A DNA stretch of 64,000 nucleotides, from NCBI GenBank assembly GCA_047601445.1, contig JASGJH010000001.1:4896001-4960000 (forward strand), read 5' to 3'. The notes below the pieces were generated by a model, which saw only the letters and a list, made by a program, of their open reading frames with translations, had not been told where the DNA came from and ran no database searches. Source of the DNA: Myxococcales bacterium. GTDB lineage: Bacteria; Myxococcota_A; Polyangia; Polyangiales; DASUME01. The position numbers were made by a program, and so were the translations under genes. Positions 35,619 to 46,151 of this stretch are shown here, in pieces (position 1 is the first letter of the stretch; every line of letters starts with the position of its first letter).

Positions 35619-38600
35619 GGATCGCGCGTCTGGAACTGCACGCGTTCGGTCCCTTCACCAACGCACGCCTCGACTTCGCGCACAAGCCGCGGGCCCTCCA
35701 GCTGGTGTACGGGCCCAACGAGGCGGGGAAGAGCAGCACCCTGCGCGCCGTGATCGCATTGCTCTACGGGATCCCGGTGCGGACGGTCGACGCTCATGTC
35801 CACGAGATGAACAGGCTGCGCATCGGGGGAATCCTGCTCGACGAGCAGGGCAACCGTCACGAGGTGGTGCGGCGCAAGGGCATGAAGCACACGTTGCTCG
35901 GCGCCAAGGACAAGCCGCTACCAGACGACAGCTTGCACGGATTGCTTGGCGGACTCGACGAGAACCTGTTCCGTCAGATGTTCGGGCTCGACCACGAGCG
36001 GCTGCGACAGGGCGCCGAGGCGCTGCTCGAAGGCGGCGGTAACCTGGGCGAGGGCTTGTTCGACGCGGGCACCGGTGCGCGCACGATCCGAGCTGCCATG
36101 CTCGGTCTGGCGCAGGAGGCCGACGCGTTGTTTCGCGCGCGCGGCCGCACGCCGAAGCTCAATGCCGCCATCGACGCGCTACGCGAGCATCAGCGAGCGC
36201 AACGAGAGGCGGCCCTGTCGCCGCAGGCCTTCCTGGAGCAGCAGCGTGGCCTCACCGAGGCCCGCGAGGCGCGCGAGAGCCGGGCGGCCAGGCGGCGCGC
36301 GCTGTTCGAGGAGAAGGCGCGGCTGTCGCGAGCCATCAGCTTGATCCCGTTGCTCACGCGGCGAGCCTCGCTGGTAGCACCCCCAGACAGTCAGCTGGAG
36401 CCCGGCGATCCGCTCGAGGCATGGGATGCCGAGCACAAGCGGCTCACGGCGCGCTTTCAGGCCACCCGGCGCGTGGAAGCCGAGCTACCGGGCGATCGCG
36501 CCCGGGCTCAACGCCTGACCCAAGAGATCGCCGAGCTCAAGGGGCGTGTGTTGAGCGCGGGCGAGCTGCACGGCGCCCTCGATACCCCTACCCGGTCGCG
36601 CATCCGCAAGCTCGCGGAGAGCCACGAAGCGCTGCAGCGAGAGCTCCAACAGGCCGTGCGCGCGCAGGTAGAGCAAGCGGCTGCCCACGCGCTGGTGACG
36701 CAGCAACTCTCGAGCTGGGAGCGCCTCGAGCCCCCGCACGAGCTCGCGCGGCTGGTGGATCGGATCGAGCGCGACGGACTCGAGCGCGAGCTCCTGAACC
36801 TGGAGCTAGAGCTGTCGCAGGCTCAGCGCGCGCTGAACCAGCGCGCCAAGGCGCTCGGCGTGGGGGCCGACCTCACGCACCTGGCCAACCTTGCGGTGCC
36901 GGACGATGTGGCGCTGCTGAAGCTCGAAACCACCCGTAGCGAGCTCGACGAGGCCGACAAGCGGCTCCACGCCAGCGAGCGGGAACTCGCGCAGCGCGCC
37001 TCGACGCTGGGTCGTCAGCGCGACCTATTGTTGACCCGCGGTGAGCCGGCCTCGCCCTCTGCCCTGCGCGAGGCGCGCGAGCAACGGACGCGCGCCTACC
37101 ACGAGCTGCGCCGGGCCGTGTCGGCGGGCACGCACGACGAGCAAGACTTCCGCGCCCTCGAGGCCAGCGTCCAGCTGAGCGACGAGCTCGCCGACCGCAT
37201 GCAGCGCGAGGCCGAGCAGGTCTTCGAGCTCCTCCGCATCGAGGCCGAAGAACGCGCCCTCGAGCGCGAGCAGCAGGCGCTCGTGCAAGCCAAATCCGCG
37301 CAGCAGGTGGAGCGCGCGGCCCTGGTGGAGCGCCTGCGGGCGCTGAGCGAGAGCCTGGGCCTGAGCCACGTGCCGGGGGCGGAGCTGCGCGGGCAAGTGT
37401 TCAAGCTCGGGCAAGTGTCGGAGCAGGCGGGCCAGATCCTGGCGAGGCTGGGCTCGCTCGACATGTTGTCGGAGCGCGTCGCAGAGGCCGGGCAGCGCCT
37501 CGAGCGTGCCCTGGGACGCGAGCCGCAGAGTGCGCACGACGGCGCGGGGGGAGCGGGCGCCCGCCTCGCGCACGCGCTCGGGGCAGCCAAGGCCGAGGTC
37601 GAGGCCCGCCTCGCCGCGCAACGTGAGCTCGACAAGTCGCGTGCGCGTCGCGACGAGTTCGCGCTCACCCGAGAGGCGGTCGGCGCGCGCGCGGAGGCGC
37701 TCTCACGGGAGCTCGACGGCGCGCGCGAGTCGTTCCGCGCGGAGCTGCGCAAGCTCGGCTTGTCCGAGACGCTTGGGCCGGACGAAGCCCTCTCGAGCCT
37801 CGACGAGCTGGTGGAACTCGAACGCAAGGGCCGCGAGCTCACCGGCTTGCGGGCGCGCATCGAGGGCGCGGTGGCAGACCTCGCAGGCCTGGCGAGCGAC
37901 GTGCACAGTCTGGTTCGTCGCGTCGAGCCGGCGCTTGCCTCGGCCGAGGGCACCGAGACCGGCATCCTGCTGGAGGGCCTCGAACAAACCCTGCGCACGC
38001 GCAGGGAAGCGCGGCGCGATCAGGAAGAGCGCGCGCGGGAGCTGCAGAAGATCAACGAGCAGCTCGTGCACAGCGGCGATGGATCGTCGGTGGACGAGCT
38101 GAGGCAGCAGGTGCAGGGCCTCGAGCCCGACCGGTCCCGAGCACGCTTGCTGGAGCTGGAGGACGAGCTCGAGCAACTCGACCAGGAGATCGCCGAGCTC
38201 AACCAGGCCATCGGCAGCAAAGAAGCGGGCTTGAACCTGCTCGAGCAGCCTTCCGGGGCAGTCTCCCTCGCCGAGGAGGTGCAGAGCGATCTCTCTCACG
38301 TACGCCAGCTGGTCCGGCGCTACCTCGAGGTACGCCTCTCGCAGGCCCTGCTCAAGCGCGAGGTGGACCTGTATCGCACGCAGCATCAGGGGCCGGTGCT
38401 GGCGCGCGCCAACCAGCTGTTCCCGCGCCTCACGCTGCAGCGTTACCGCGGGCTCGATGTGGAGTTCGACGAGCGCGACGAGGCCGTGCTGTGCGCGGTG
38501 CGACAGGACGGGAAGACCGTGCGGGTGGCGGGGCTCAGCGATGGCACCCGTGACCAGCTCTATCTGGCCCTGCGCGTGGCGAGCATCGAGCGCTTTCTAC

Positions 38601-38854
38601 AGCACAACTCGCCCTTGCCGCTCATCCTCGACGACGCCTTCGTCCACTTCGACGACCAACGCGCCGAGGCAGCGCTGGTGGTCCTGGCCGAGCTCTGTGC
38701 ACGCACGCAGGTGCTGCTCTTCACCCATCACCACCGCATGGTGGAGCTCGCCAAGAACGCGCTCGGGCGCGACGGTATGATCCTGCACGAGCTCGACCCC
38801 GCCCGGGGCGTGATCAACCTGCGCGACGACGGACCGCTGTTCGCGCGCCTTTGA
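35615..38854 (+). CDS. YhaN-like SMC/SbcC-type ATPase
   Basis: Walker A GPNEAGKSS, long coiled coil, signature LSDGTRDQLYLALR, Walker B LILDD and FTHH. ATGA-coupled to the nuclease. Confidence 0.9.
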   Translation: MRIARLELHAFGPFTNARLDFAHKPRALQLVYGPNEAGKSSTLRAVIALLYGIPVRTVDAHVHEMNRLRIGGILLDEQGNRHEVVRRKGMKHTLLGAKDKPLPDDSLHGLLGGLDENLFRQMFGLDHERLRQGAEALLEGGGNLGEGLFDAGTGARTIRAAMLGLAQEADALFRARGRTPKLNAAIDALREHQRAQREAALSPQAFLEQQRGLTEAREARESRAARRRALFEEKARLSRAISLIPLLTRRASLVAPPDSQLEPGDPLEAWDAEHKRLTARFQATRRVEAELPGDRARAQRLTQEIAELKGRVLSAGELHGALDTPTRSRIRKLAESHEALQRELQQAVRAQVEQAAAHALVTQQLSSWERLEPPHELARLVDRIERDGLERELLNLELELSQAQRALNQRAKALGVGADLTHLANLAVPDDVALLKLETTRSELDEADKRLHASERELAQRASTLGRQRDLLLTRGEPASPSALREAREQRTRAYHELRRAVSAGTHDEQDFRALEASVQLSDELADRMQREAEQVFELLRIEAEERALEREQQALVQAKSAQQVERAALVERLRALSESLGLSHVPGAELRGQVFKLGQVSEQAGQILARLGSLDMLSERVAEAGQRLERALGREPQSAHDGAGGAGARLAHALGAAKAEVEARLAAQRELDKSRARRDEFALTREAVGARAEALSRELDGARESFRAELRKLGLSETLGPDEALSSLDELVELERKGRELTGLRARIEGAVADLAGLASDVHSLVRRVEPALASAEGTETGILLEGLEQTLRTRREARRDQEERARELQKINEQLVHSGDGSSVDELRQQVQGLEPDRSRARLLELEDELEQLDQEIAELNQAIGSKEAGLNLLEQPSGAVSLAEEVQSDLSHVRQLVRRYLEVRLSQALLKREVDLYRTQHQGPVLARANQLFPRLTLQRYRGLDVEFDERDEAVLCAVRQDGKTVRVAGLSDGTRDQLYLALRVASIERFLQHNSPLPLILDDAFVHFDDQRAEAALVVLAELCARTQVLLFTHHHRMVELAKNALGRDGMILHELDPARGVINLRDDGPLFARL

Positions 38855-38872
38855 GCCGACGCGTCTGGCTCC

Positions 38873-41800
38873 TCAACCGCGTGCGGAGTGGTGGGTCTCG
38901 AGCTCGCGCTGGGCGAGCAGCATGCCAATTTCCTCGAGCACGCTGTCGTAACCCCAGGGAGCCTCGGGGTGCGCGATGACGACCACCGCCACGCGGCTCC
39001 CCACCTGGACCGGCTTGAGCAAGAACCCGCGCGTTGCGAGGGTGCGCACCTCTTCACTTGTCTGCGAGTGAGCGCCCACGGGCACGATGCCGGAGCCGGG
39101 ACGTAGGCGCATCACCTTGTCGACCACGTCCAGGATCTGCGCGGGCAGCTCGCCACCCTTACCCGCCATCGCGGAAGGCATGCCGCTGTCGTCCTCGTAC
39201 ACGTGCGCGGCGTCGGCTTCCATCATCTTGCGCAGCTCGGAGAGCAAGCGCTGGACCGGCGAGCTCTGTCGGCGCGGACCATCCACGGTGGTCTCTTCCG
39301 TGCCCATCTCGTTCTGGGCGGTGTCGGGGTCCAGACGAAACGACTGTGAGCGCCCCTCGTATTGCTGGGTCACGTGCGCGGCGTGGGCGATCAACGAGGA
39401 GCACTCCGTCTGCTCCGCGCTCTCCGAGAGCGCCCGCAAGCTTAGCTTGAGCTCGTCCTGATCCTGCGCCAGCACGGCAGCGACCACACGCTTCTCGTGC
39501 AGCATCACCAGCGCCCCCAGCTCGTTCGTCTCCTCCAGCTTCTTCTTCCAGCGCGACTCGAGGTCGTACGCGGCTTCGATCTCGCCGAGCCCCACCATCG
39601 CCACCGACCGCTCCAGGTCCAGCGGGCCGTACATGATCATGTACTCTTGGTCCGCCTCGCTGAGCGCCGACAACCCGAGCTCGCAGATCTCTCTCGCACG
39701 CGCGTATTGCTGCAGGCCGTTGTAGGCCCCGGCCAAGTCCGCGTAGGCGTTGCCCCATCCGATCACGCTATGGGGCGGGTACTGAGCCAGAAAGCGTTCG
39801 CCCTGCTCGATCGCCGCTTGCAGCTCGCCGCGGCGCGCCAGATAGCCGATGCTCACCATGTCGCGCAAAGGTTCCAGCGACGGTAGCTCACTGGCCAGCT
39901 CGCGCAGCCGCGTGAGCGCGCGACGTGCGCCGACGAGATCGCCGTAACGGGTACTCGCCATGCCTTCGATGGGCACCGCGAACCACTCGACCTGCCAGGT
40001 AGTGCCTCCCTGGATGCCATGCAGCTCGATCTGCTTGCGATGATGCTCGGTGCGGTCGCGGTCGCCGCGCACGAGGTAATACGTCATGCGCAGGCGATGG
40101 GCGGAGGCCTGGGCCAGGCGGGTGCCGAGCTTCTCGAGCTCGTCTGCGCGCGCGAGGGCCTGCGAACCCATGCGGTAACACTCGTTGATGCCGCCAGCCA
40201 GGAGCAGCCCCACCTTGAGGTCCACCCGATCGACCTCGGACATGCCGATGCCCGGTCGCTCCAGCGCGGCCAAGGCGGTCTGCACGGCCGTGGCCAGCTC
40301 GGCCTCACGGCCCTGGGGCTGCAGTGCGAAGGCCTGACAGGCGAGGTTCACCGATTGCAACCCCGAGTAGCTGAGCATGCCGAATGGCTTCACGAGCTCC
40401 ACCAGGCGCTGCGCGCCGGCCCTATCGAGCGAGGTGGCGCGCACGCCCATCAGCCCCATCACGGAGCGACCGAACAGCACCAGCAGCGTGTAGATGTTGG
40501 GTGCGCTGCGCGTCAGCGCGCCGAAGGGTTGGCGCAGCACCGCGCACACGACGGCTAACCACAGGCCCAGCCGGTTTCCGAACAGGCGCACGAATCGCAA
40601 GAACAGGGGGAAACCCGCCAGGTCCGCGATCTGTCGCACGGTCTCTTCGCCATACTTGAGCCCGAGCCGATAGTCGAACAGGTAGCCGCACAACACGAGC
40701 TGCTGGCGCAGCGCCAGGCTCTTGCGCAAGGGCGCCCCACGCCGCTCGAACACCTCGAGCGCGGACTCCATCGCAGGGATGGCGGCGCCCCAGGCGCGTC
40801 CCTCTCGAATCAAACTGGCCGAAGCCTCGGCGATCAACTCGGCGCCCCTGAGCTCGTCGTCGCTCTGCACCAGATGGATGCCGGCTTCGAGTCTGCGCTC
40901 GAGGGTGGCGGGCAGGGACAGGAGGGCCTTGCCGAGCGCCTTGCGGATGCTGCGCGCGCGAGGCTCGTCGAGGTGTTGCAGCACGGCGTCGCGCAGGGCC
41001 TCCTGGGCGAACGCATAGCCCCCGCGCAGGCCCACGAAGATGCCCTCCGCCATCAGCTCGTTCAGGGTCGCCATGGTCTGCTGGTGGGAAGTGCGGGAGA
41101 CCAACAAGCACAGCTCGAGCGCCGCGTCGCGCCCCAACACCGCCACGATGTCCGCCAGCTCGCGAGCCGCGTCGCTCAAGGGCTCGAGCCGCGACGTCAG
41201 GGTATCGGCGAGATCGCGCGGAATGCGCTCGCGGATCTCCGCGTCGGGCAGCACCCAGGTACCGTCCACGTAGCGCACGAGCCCGCGGCGAACGAGCAGC
41301 TGGATCAGCTCGATGGTGAGTCCGGGGTTGCCGCGGGCACCACGCTCCAGCCAGTCGATCAAGCGCTCCAGGTTCGGCACGTCGCCGACCATGTTCGAGA
41401 CCAGCTCGCGCAGCGCCGTGGAATCGAGCGGCGCGATCTGCAGGGAGTCGGCGCGCGACTCGAAGGCGGTGAGCGCGGTGCGGGCCAGCGGCTCGCGGTC
41501 GGCTCCCACCGAGGCCACCACGAACAACGGCAGCTCGCGCGCCTGATACGCGAGGCCGGCGAGCAACGACGCCGAGAACTCGTCCGCGCGGTCGAGGTCG
41601 TCGACCACGATCAACAACGGCCGCTCGCGCGCCACCTGCACGAACAGCTCGTTGAGCCGCGCCTGCTCCTTGGCGCGCAGCTCGAAGCCCAGCAAGTTCG
41701 GGTTTTGGCCGCGGGCAGAAGGCAGCTTGAGCTCCGGCTGCGAGGCGAGCAGGTCGGCCTGTTCGGAGTCGCTCGGCAGCGCCCGCACGAGGGCCCGGCG

Positions 41801-42880
41801 CAGCTGCTGGACCAGCGACTGACTGCCGTGCTCGTTGGAGGCAAACGCCCGCAACGTCAGGAGTCCGCGTGTCTGGGCCAACACCGCGAGCTCGTTCAAG
41901 AGCCGGCTCTTACCAACCCCTGCTGCACCCTCGATCAACAAGGCCGCCCCGTGCGCGCCGTGGTTGCGCTCCACGAGCCCGCGCAAGCGCGAGGTGGCCT
42001 CGTGTCGACCGCACAGCTTGGAGCTCGAGATGTAGCCTTGGGCGACCTCGGCGCTGCCGTCCGACTCGAGCTGGGCGATGGCGTTCAGACGTTCGATGAC
42101 CTCCGCCGCGTTGAACGGACGCTTCACTGGATCGAGTGCGAGCAACGACATCACCAGGATGTCGAGCGACTCTGGCACGCTCGGCTCGAAGGCACGCACG
42201 CGCTCCACGGGCAGCGGCCACAGAGCCGGCAGATCGTCGAGCTTTTGGGCGGGATAAGCGTGCCTTCCGGTCAGCATCCAGTAGGCGAGCGCACCCAGTG
42301 AGAACAGGTCCGCGCGCTGATCGAGCATGCCGCACTCGGCGGCCTCCGGCGGCACGTAGGGCGCCGTTCCGGCCACGTCGCGCGGCACGCCGAAGGGCGT
42401 CATGGTGCCGAAGTCGAAGAGCTTGCAGCGTCCATCGGCCGTGCGCCGGATGTTGCGTGGGCTCAGGTCGCGGTGCAGCAGACGCTGCGCATGCAGGAGC
42501 GCCAGCGAGGAAGCCACGTCGCGCAGGTAGCGACAGGCCTCACGGTAGGGCACGCAACCGATCTCACGCAGGTCTTCTCCGTCGAGCAGCTCCATCGTGT
42601 AGAACGGCACGTCGGCGTGGACGCCGAACTCGTACACCTCGATGATGCGCGGATGCTTGAGGCGGGCGAGCGTGTGGTACTCGGCCGTAAAGTGCGCGAG
42701 GATCTGCTGACGCTTGGTGTGCTCGGCGCGCACGCGCTTGAGCGCGACGGTGTTCCCGGAGGCGCGGTCACGGGCCGCGAACACTTCTCCCATGCCGCCG
42801 CGAGAGAGCAGCGAGAGCAGTTCGTAGCGCCCCGCCACCACGACGGTCCCTTGCGAGACGGGTACAGACCTCGGGTCCAT
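38873..42880 (-). CDS. Ser/Thr protein kinase fused to an AAA/STAND-like ATPase and helical repeats
   Basis: RGGMGEV, VALKR, HRDLSPRN, DFG and GTAPYVPPE. Walker A GAAGVGKS, Walker B IVVDD and GNPG. Confidence 0.9.
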   Translation of the reverse strand: MDPRSVPVSQGTVVVAGRYELLSLLSRGGMGEVFAARDRASGNTVALKRVRAEHTKRQQILAHFTAEYHTLARLKHPRIIEVYEFGVHADVPFYTMELLDGEDLREIGCVPYREACRYLRDVASSLALLHAQRLLHRDLSPRNIRRTADGRCKLFDFGTMTPFGVPRDVAGTAPYVPPEAAECGMLDQRADLFSLGALAYWMLTGRHAYPAQKLDDLPALWPLPVERVRAFEPSVPESLDILVMSLLALDPVKRPFNAAEVIERLNAIAQLESDGSAEVAQGYISSSKLCGRHEATSRLRGLVERNHGAHGAALLIEGAAGVGKSRLLNELAVLAQTRGLLTLRAFASNEHGSQSLVQQLRRALVRALPSDSEQADLLASQPELKLPSARGQNPNLLGFELRAKEQARLNELFVQVARERPLLIVVDDLDRADEFSASLLAGLAYQARELPLFVVASVGADREPLARTALTAFESRADSLQIAPLDSTALRELVSNMVGDVPNLERLIDWLERGARGNPGLTIELIQLLVRRGLVRYVDGTWVLPDAEIRERIPRDLADTLTSRLEPLSDAARELADIVAVLGRDAALELCLLVSRTSHQQTMATLNELMAEGIFVGLRGGYAFAQEALRDAVLQHLDEPRARSIRKALGKALLSLPATLERRLEAGIHLVQSDDELRGAELIAEASASLIREGRAWGAAIPAMESALEVFERRGAPLRKSLALRQQLVLCGYLFDYRLGLKYGEETVRQIADLAGFPLFLRFVRLFGNRLGLWLAVVCAVLRQPFGALTRSAPNIYTLLVLFGRSVMGLMGVRATSLDRAGAQRLVELVKPFGMLSYSGLQSVNLACQAFALQPQGREAELATAVQTALAALERPGIGMSEVDRVDLKVGLLLAGGINECYRMGSQALARADELEKLGTRLAQASAHRLRMTYYLVRGDRDRTEHHRKQIELHGIQGGTTWQVEWFAVPIEGMASTRYGDLVGARRALTRLRELASELPSLEPLRDMVSIGYLARRGELQAAIEQGERFLAQYPPHSVIGWGNAYADLAGAYNGLQQYARAREICELGLSALSEADQEYMIMYGPLDLERSVAMVGLGEIEAAYDLESRWKKKLEETNELGALVMLHEKRVVAAVLAQDQDELKLSLRALSESAEQTECSSLIAHAAHVTQQYEGRSQSFRLDPDTAQNEMGTEETTVDGPRRQSSPVQRLLSELRKMMEADAAHVYEDDSGMPSAMAGKGGELPAQILDVVDKVMRLRPGSGIVPVGAHSQTSEEVRTLATRGFLLKPVQVGSRVAVVVIAHPEAPWGYDSVLEEIGMLLAQRELETHHSARG

Positions 42881-43079
42881 CTAGGATGCAGTTTTCCATA
42901 GTTTTGCAGCAAACAGAAGCGGCTGGGCCAGACGCCCACATGTGATCCGGGCGGCGCGCGGTCCCGCGATCGCGGCCGGCGACGACACGTGCTCCAGCGC
43001 GCGCACAGGCAGTCGGCGAAGATCGGCGTCGTGTGATTTCGCGCGCTGTTCGCCGCAGCACAACAAGCGCGATTACCCG

Positions 43080-44579
43080 CTAGCTATGCAGCCAGCCCGA
43101 GAGCCAACTTGGGGTGAAGCGCGCGAGGGCGGCCAATGCACCGATCATCACGGCGCACATCAAGCTGATGCGATCACGCAGTGCGAAACGCACCGGATCG
43201 TCTTGCATCTCACCCCGACCGGCCAAGATCCAGACTCGGCTCACCCAGTAGAGAAGGACGGGTACCAAGAGCCAGAGCAGCCGCGGCTCCCGATAGGCGC
43301 CGGGATGGGTGCCGTTCTCCACGTAAAGCGTGAACACGAGTGCCGCCAAGTAGCCGCTCGCGATGCCCATGCTGGCCACGTTCTGCAAGTCGACCTGGTA
43401 GTACGCGCGGTTCTTGATCCTGCCGCCGACGGCGAGGGGCAGAATCTCCACGTAGCGCTTGGCGAAGGCAAGGCTGAGGAAGAAGAAGAGCGAGAAGCCG
43501 AGCAACCAGGCGCTGATGGGCACGGCGGTCGCGATGCCACCCGACAAGATGCGGTGCGTGTACAGACCGGCCAGGGTCACCACGTCGAGCAAGAGCTTGC
43601 GCTTGAGCTCGAGTGAATAGGCCATGGTCCCCACGAAGTAGAGGCCGAGCATCAAGGTGAAGCTCAAGGGCAAGAGGCCAAGAGAGATGCCGAAGCTGAC
43701 GGCGAGTAGCACGGCGAGCAGCGGTGGGCCGAGCACCACGGGCAGCGCGCCGGAGGCGAAGGGGCGTTGCTTCTTGGTGCCATGCTGACGGTCGGCGCTG
43801 AGATCGAGCAGGTCGTTGATGACGTAGCCAGCCGAAGCACACAGCGAGAAGGCGAGCGCCGCCAACAGACCTCTCGCGACGGTGTCGGGCGTGGGCACGC
43901 GCGGAGAGGCCGCCAGAGGCAAGAGCACGAGGGCGTTCTTGGCCCACTGATGCACGCGCAGTTCACGAAACATGGCGGCAGCCAAGCTCGGGCGCCGCGA
44001 GAGCACGGTGACCTTCTTGGAGCGGGACGCACGCGCCGCCACGCCCGGGCTCGCATTGATCAAAAAGCCTTGCCCGGCGCTTTCGAAGATCGGCAGGTCC
44101 GCCCGCGAGTCCCCCACGTAGTCGAAGCCGCCTTCACCGAAAGCCTCAATCAGGCGCTGCTTCTTGCGCTCCGCCTTGAGGTTCTCTCCGCCATCGCTCG
44201 AGAACACCTCGTCGAACAGCTCCACGTGGGCGGCCACGCTCTGAGCCACGTGGCGATCGGCGGCGGTGGCAAGCACCACCTTGCGCCCGGCTTGCCGGGT
44301 GGCCCGCAGCGCGTTCACGAGCCCCTCGCGATAGGGCAGTGCGGCGGCGTCGATGGAGATATGGGACGAGATCTTGCGCTTGAAGCCGGCCCGCCCGCTC
44401 AACATCCAGAAGGGCACGAGCAGTGCGAGCCAAGGTCGCTGCCGCAGCATGCCCACCACGCCCTCCCAAAGCGTGTCCGTCCCAACCAGGGTGCCGTCGA
44501 GGTCTACGCACAGCGGGCGGCCCTGCGCACTCTGCTCGAGAAAAGGGTAACTACTGGCAGCCAAATCCGCCTGGGACAT
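43080..44579 (-). CDS. HAD-like/UbiA prenyltransferase fusion (polyprenyl-phosphate phosphoribosyltransferase-like)
   Basis: N-terminal VDLDGTL...YVGDS and C-terminal RVHQWAKN, YVINDLLDLSADRQH..K..RPFASG, AKRY and DDPV. Confidence 0.88.
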   Translation of the reverse strand: MSQADLAASSYPFLEQSAQGRPLCVDLDGTLVGTDTLWEGVVGMLRQRPWLALLVPFWMLSGRAGFKRKISSHISIDAAALPYREGLVNALRATRQAGRKVVLATAADRHVAQSVAAHVELFDEVFSSDGGENLKAERKKQRLIEAFGEGGFDYVGDSRADLPIFESAGQGFLINASPGVAARASRSKKVTVLSRRPSLAAAMFRELRVHQWAKNALVLLPLAASPRVPTPDTVARGLLAALAFSLCASAGYVINDLLDLSADRQHGTKKQRPFASGALPVVLGPPLLAVLLAVSFGISLGLLPLSFTLMLGLYFVGTMAYSLELKRKLLLDVVTLAGLYTHRILSGGIATAVPISAWLLGFSLFFFLSLAFAKRYVEILPLAVGGRIKNRAYYQVDLQNVASMGIASGYLAALVFTLYVENGTHPGAYREPRLLWLLVPVLLYWVSRVWILAGRGEMQDDPVRFALRDRISLMCAVMIGALAALARFTPSWLSGWLHS

Positions 44580-44746
44580 GCCGCGCGAGCGTAGTCCATT
44601 CCCCGAATTTGGGCTAGCCATCCCCTTGCATCCTCGACTCGGGTACGAAGGCTCGATTGCCTCACAACTGCGCATGCCGAAGCGCGAAAACCGAGCGACT
44701 CCCTTGCGCAGTTTCGCGTGTGATGACCACACTGCGTTGGGGGACC

Positions 44747-45637
44747 ATGACCGGCTCACGGTGGACGCCCGTGATCAACACCGGCGCGCTGCGCCGAGGC
44801 GCCTGGGCGAGCGCGCTTGCGCTGAGCGTCACGCTGGCGCTGGCCGTGCTCGACTACACAGGCGGCCGCGAGCTGAACCTCGAGCCTCTCTACCTGCTGC
44901 CGGTCAGCGTGGCAGCCTGGTATGCGGGGGTCATCCCGGCTGCCTTGATCGCCGCGGTGAGCGCCGTGTCGTCCCAGCTCGCCAACGAGGCTGCGGGGCT
45001 CGTGTACCTCCAGCCCGAGCTGCGGCTCACCAACATGGCGATGCAGCTCCTGGTAGGCACCACGGTGGGTCTCTTGATCGGCCACTCGAAGCATCGCTTC
45101 GCGCTGGTGGAGTGGTCCTCGCGTCACGATGCCCTGACGGGTCTGCACAACGCTCGCGCCTTCTACGAGCGTGCCGACGAGGAGCTCGAGCGGGCGCGCC
45201 GCTACCGCAAGCCCCTCACCGCGGCGTACATCGACCTCGACAACTTCAAGACGCTCAACGACCGGCACGGACATCACGCCGGCGACACTGCGCTGCGTAC
45301 CGTGGCCAACCTGCTGCGGCGCACGGCGCGCGCCAGCGACGTCACGGCACGCCTGGGCGGTGACGAGTTCGCCATCCTGATGCCCGAGACCGATGCCGAG
45401 GGCGCACGTGCAGTACTCGAACGCCTGCGCAGCGAGCTCGAGCGCTCGCTCGCGGACTGTTCGGAGTTGGTGAGCGCGAGCATCGGTGCCGTCTCCTTCG
45501 TGGAACTACCGGACTCGGTGGAGCAGCTCATGAGCGCGGCCGATCACCGCATGTACGCGGTGAAACGCGCGGGCAAGAACCTGGTGCGGGTCGATCAATT
45601 CGAGCGCGAAGGCAGCTCTCCCACCCGCTCAGCGTGA
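44747..45637 (+). CDS. Membrane-bound diguanylate cyclase
   Basis: N-terminal TMs, DALTGLHN, DLDNFKTLND..GH..GD, RLGGDEF and ADHRMYAVK. Confidence 0.92.
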   Translation: MTGSRWTPVINTGALRRGAWASALALSVTLALAVLDYTGGRELNLEPLYLLPVSVAAWYAGVIPAALIAAVSAVSSQLANEAAGLVYLQPELRLTNMAMQLLVGTTVGLLIGHSKHRFALVEWSSRHDALTGLHNARAFYERADEELERARRYRKPLTAAYIDLDNFKTLNDRHGHHAGDTALRTVANLLRRTARASDVTARLGGDEFAILMPETDAEGARAVLERLRSELERSLADCSELVSASIGAVSFVELPDSVEQLMSAADHRMYAVKRAGKNLVRVDQFEREGSSPTRSA

Positions 45638-45788
45638 CATTCGCGCGCAGCACACTCGCCGCGTAGCGCGTGCGTCCATGAACGCGGCCGTGCCGCCGTG
45701 GGTCGATGCGTGTGCATTCCGCAGCGAAGTTCGGCTCGTGCGCAGCAAGACGTTGAACGCCCCCCGTCAAGCCGGCAACTTCAACGGG

Positions 45789-46069
45789 GAGGTCACGCGA
45801 CCTCCCCGCCCGCTGCGGCAAAGCCGCAACGGGACCCACCCCTCCGCGAGGTTCGCTTCGCTCACGTAGTGCGCCCCCTTTTGCCACGTATGAGGTCACG
45901 AGACCTCCCCGCCCGCTGCGGCAAAGCCGCAACGGGACCCACCCCTCCGCGAGGTTCGCTTCGCTCACGTAGTGCGCCCCCTTTTGCCACGTATGAGGTC
46001 ACGAGACCTCCCCGCCCGCTGCGGCAAAGCCGCAACGGGACCCACCCCTCCGCGAGGTTCGCTTCGCTC
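45789..46069. repeat. Tandem repeat, 103-bp period: three 75-bp structured units separated by two identical 28-bp linkers
   Basis: Units start at 45789, 45892 and 45995. Unit 1 differs from units 2 and 3 at one loop base. Linker is ACGTAGTGCGCCCCCTTTTGCCACGTAT. Confidence 0.95.
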
Positions 46070-46151
46070 GAAAATGCCTGGTTTCGAGGGTCCTGGAGGC
46101 CCCTGAATGGCAACTATCGTTCATCCGTGATGGATGGAGTGAGGAACTCCC

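Noticed and set aside
45789..46069. CRISPR array
   Set aside because: Repeats are 75 bp, the two spacers are identical, and there are no cas genes in the window.
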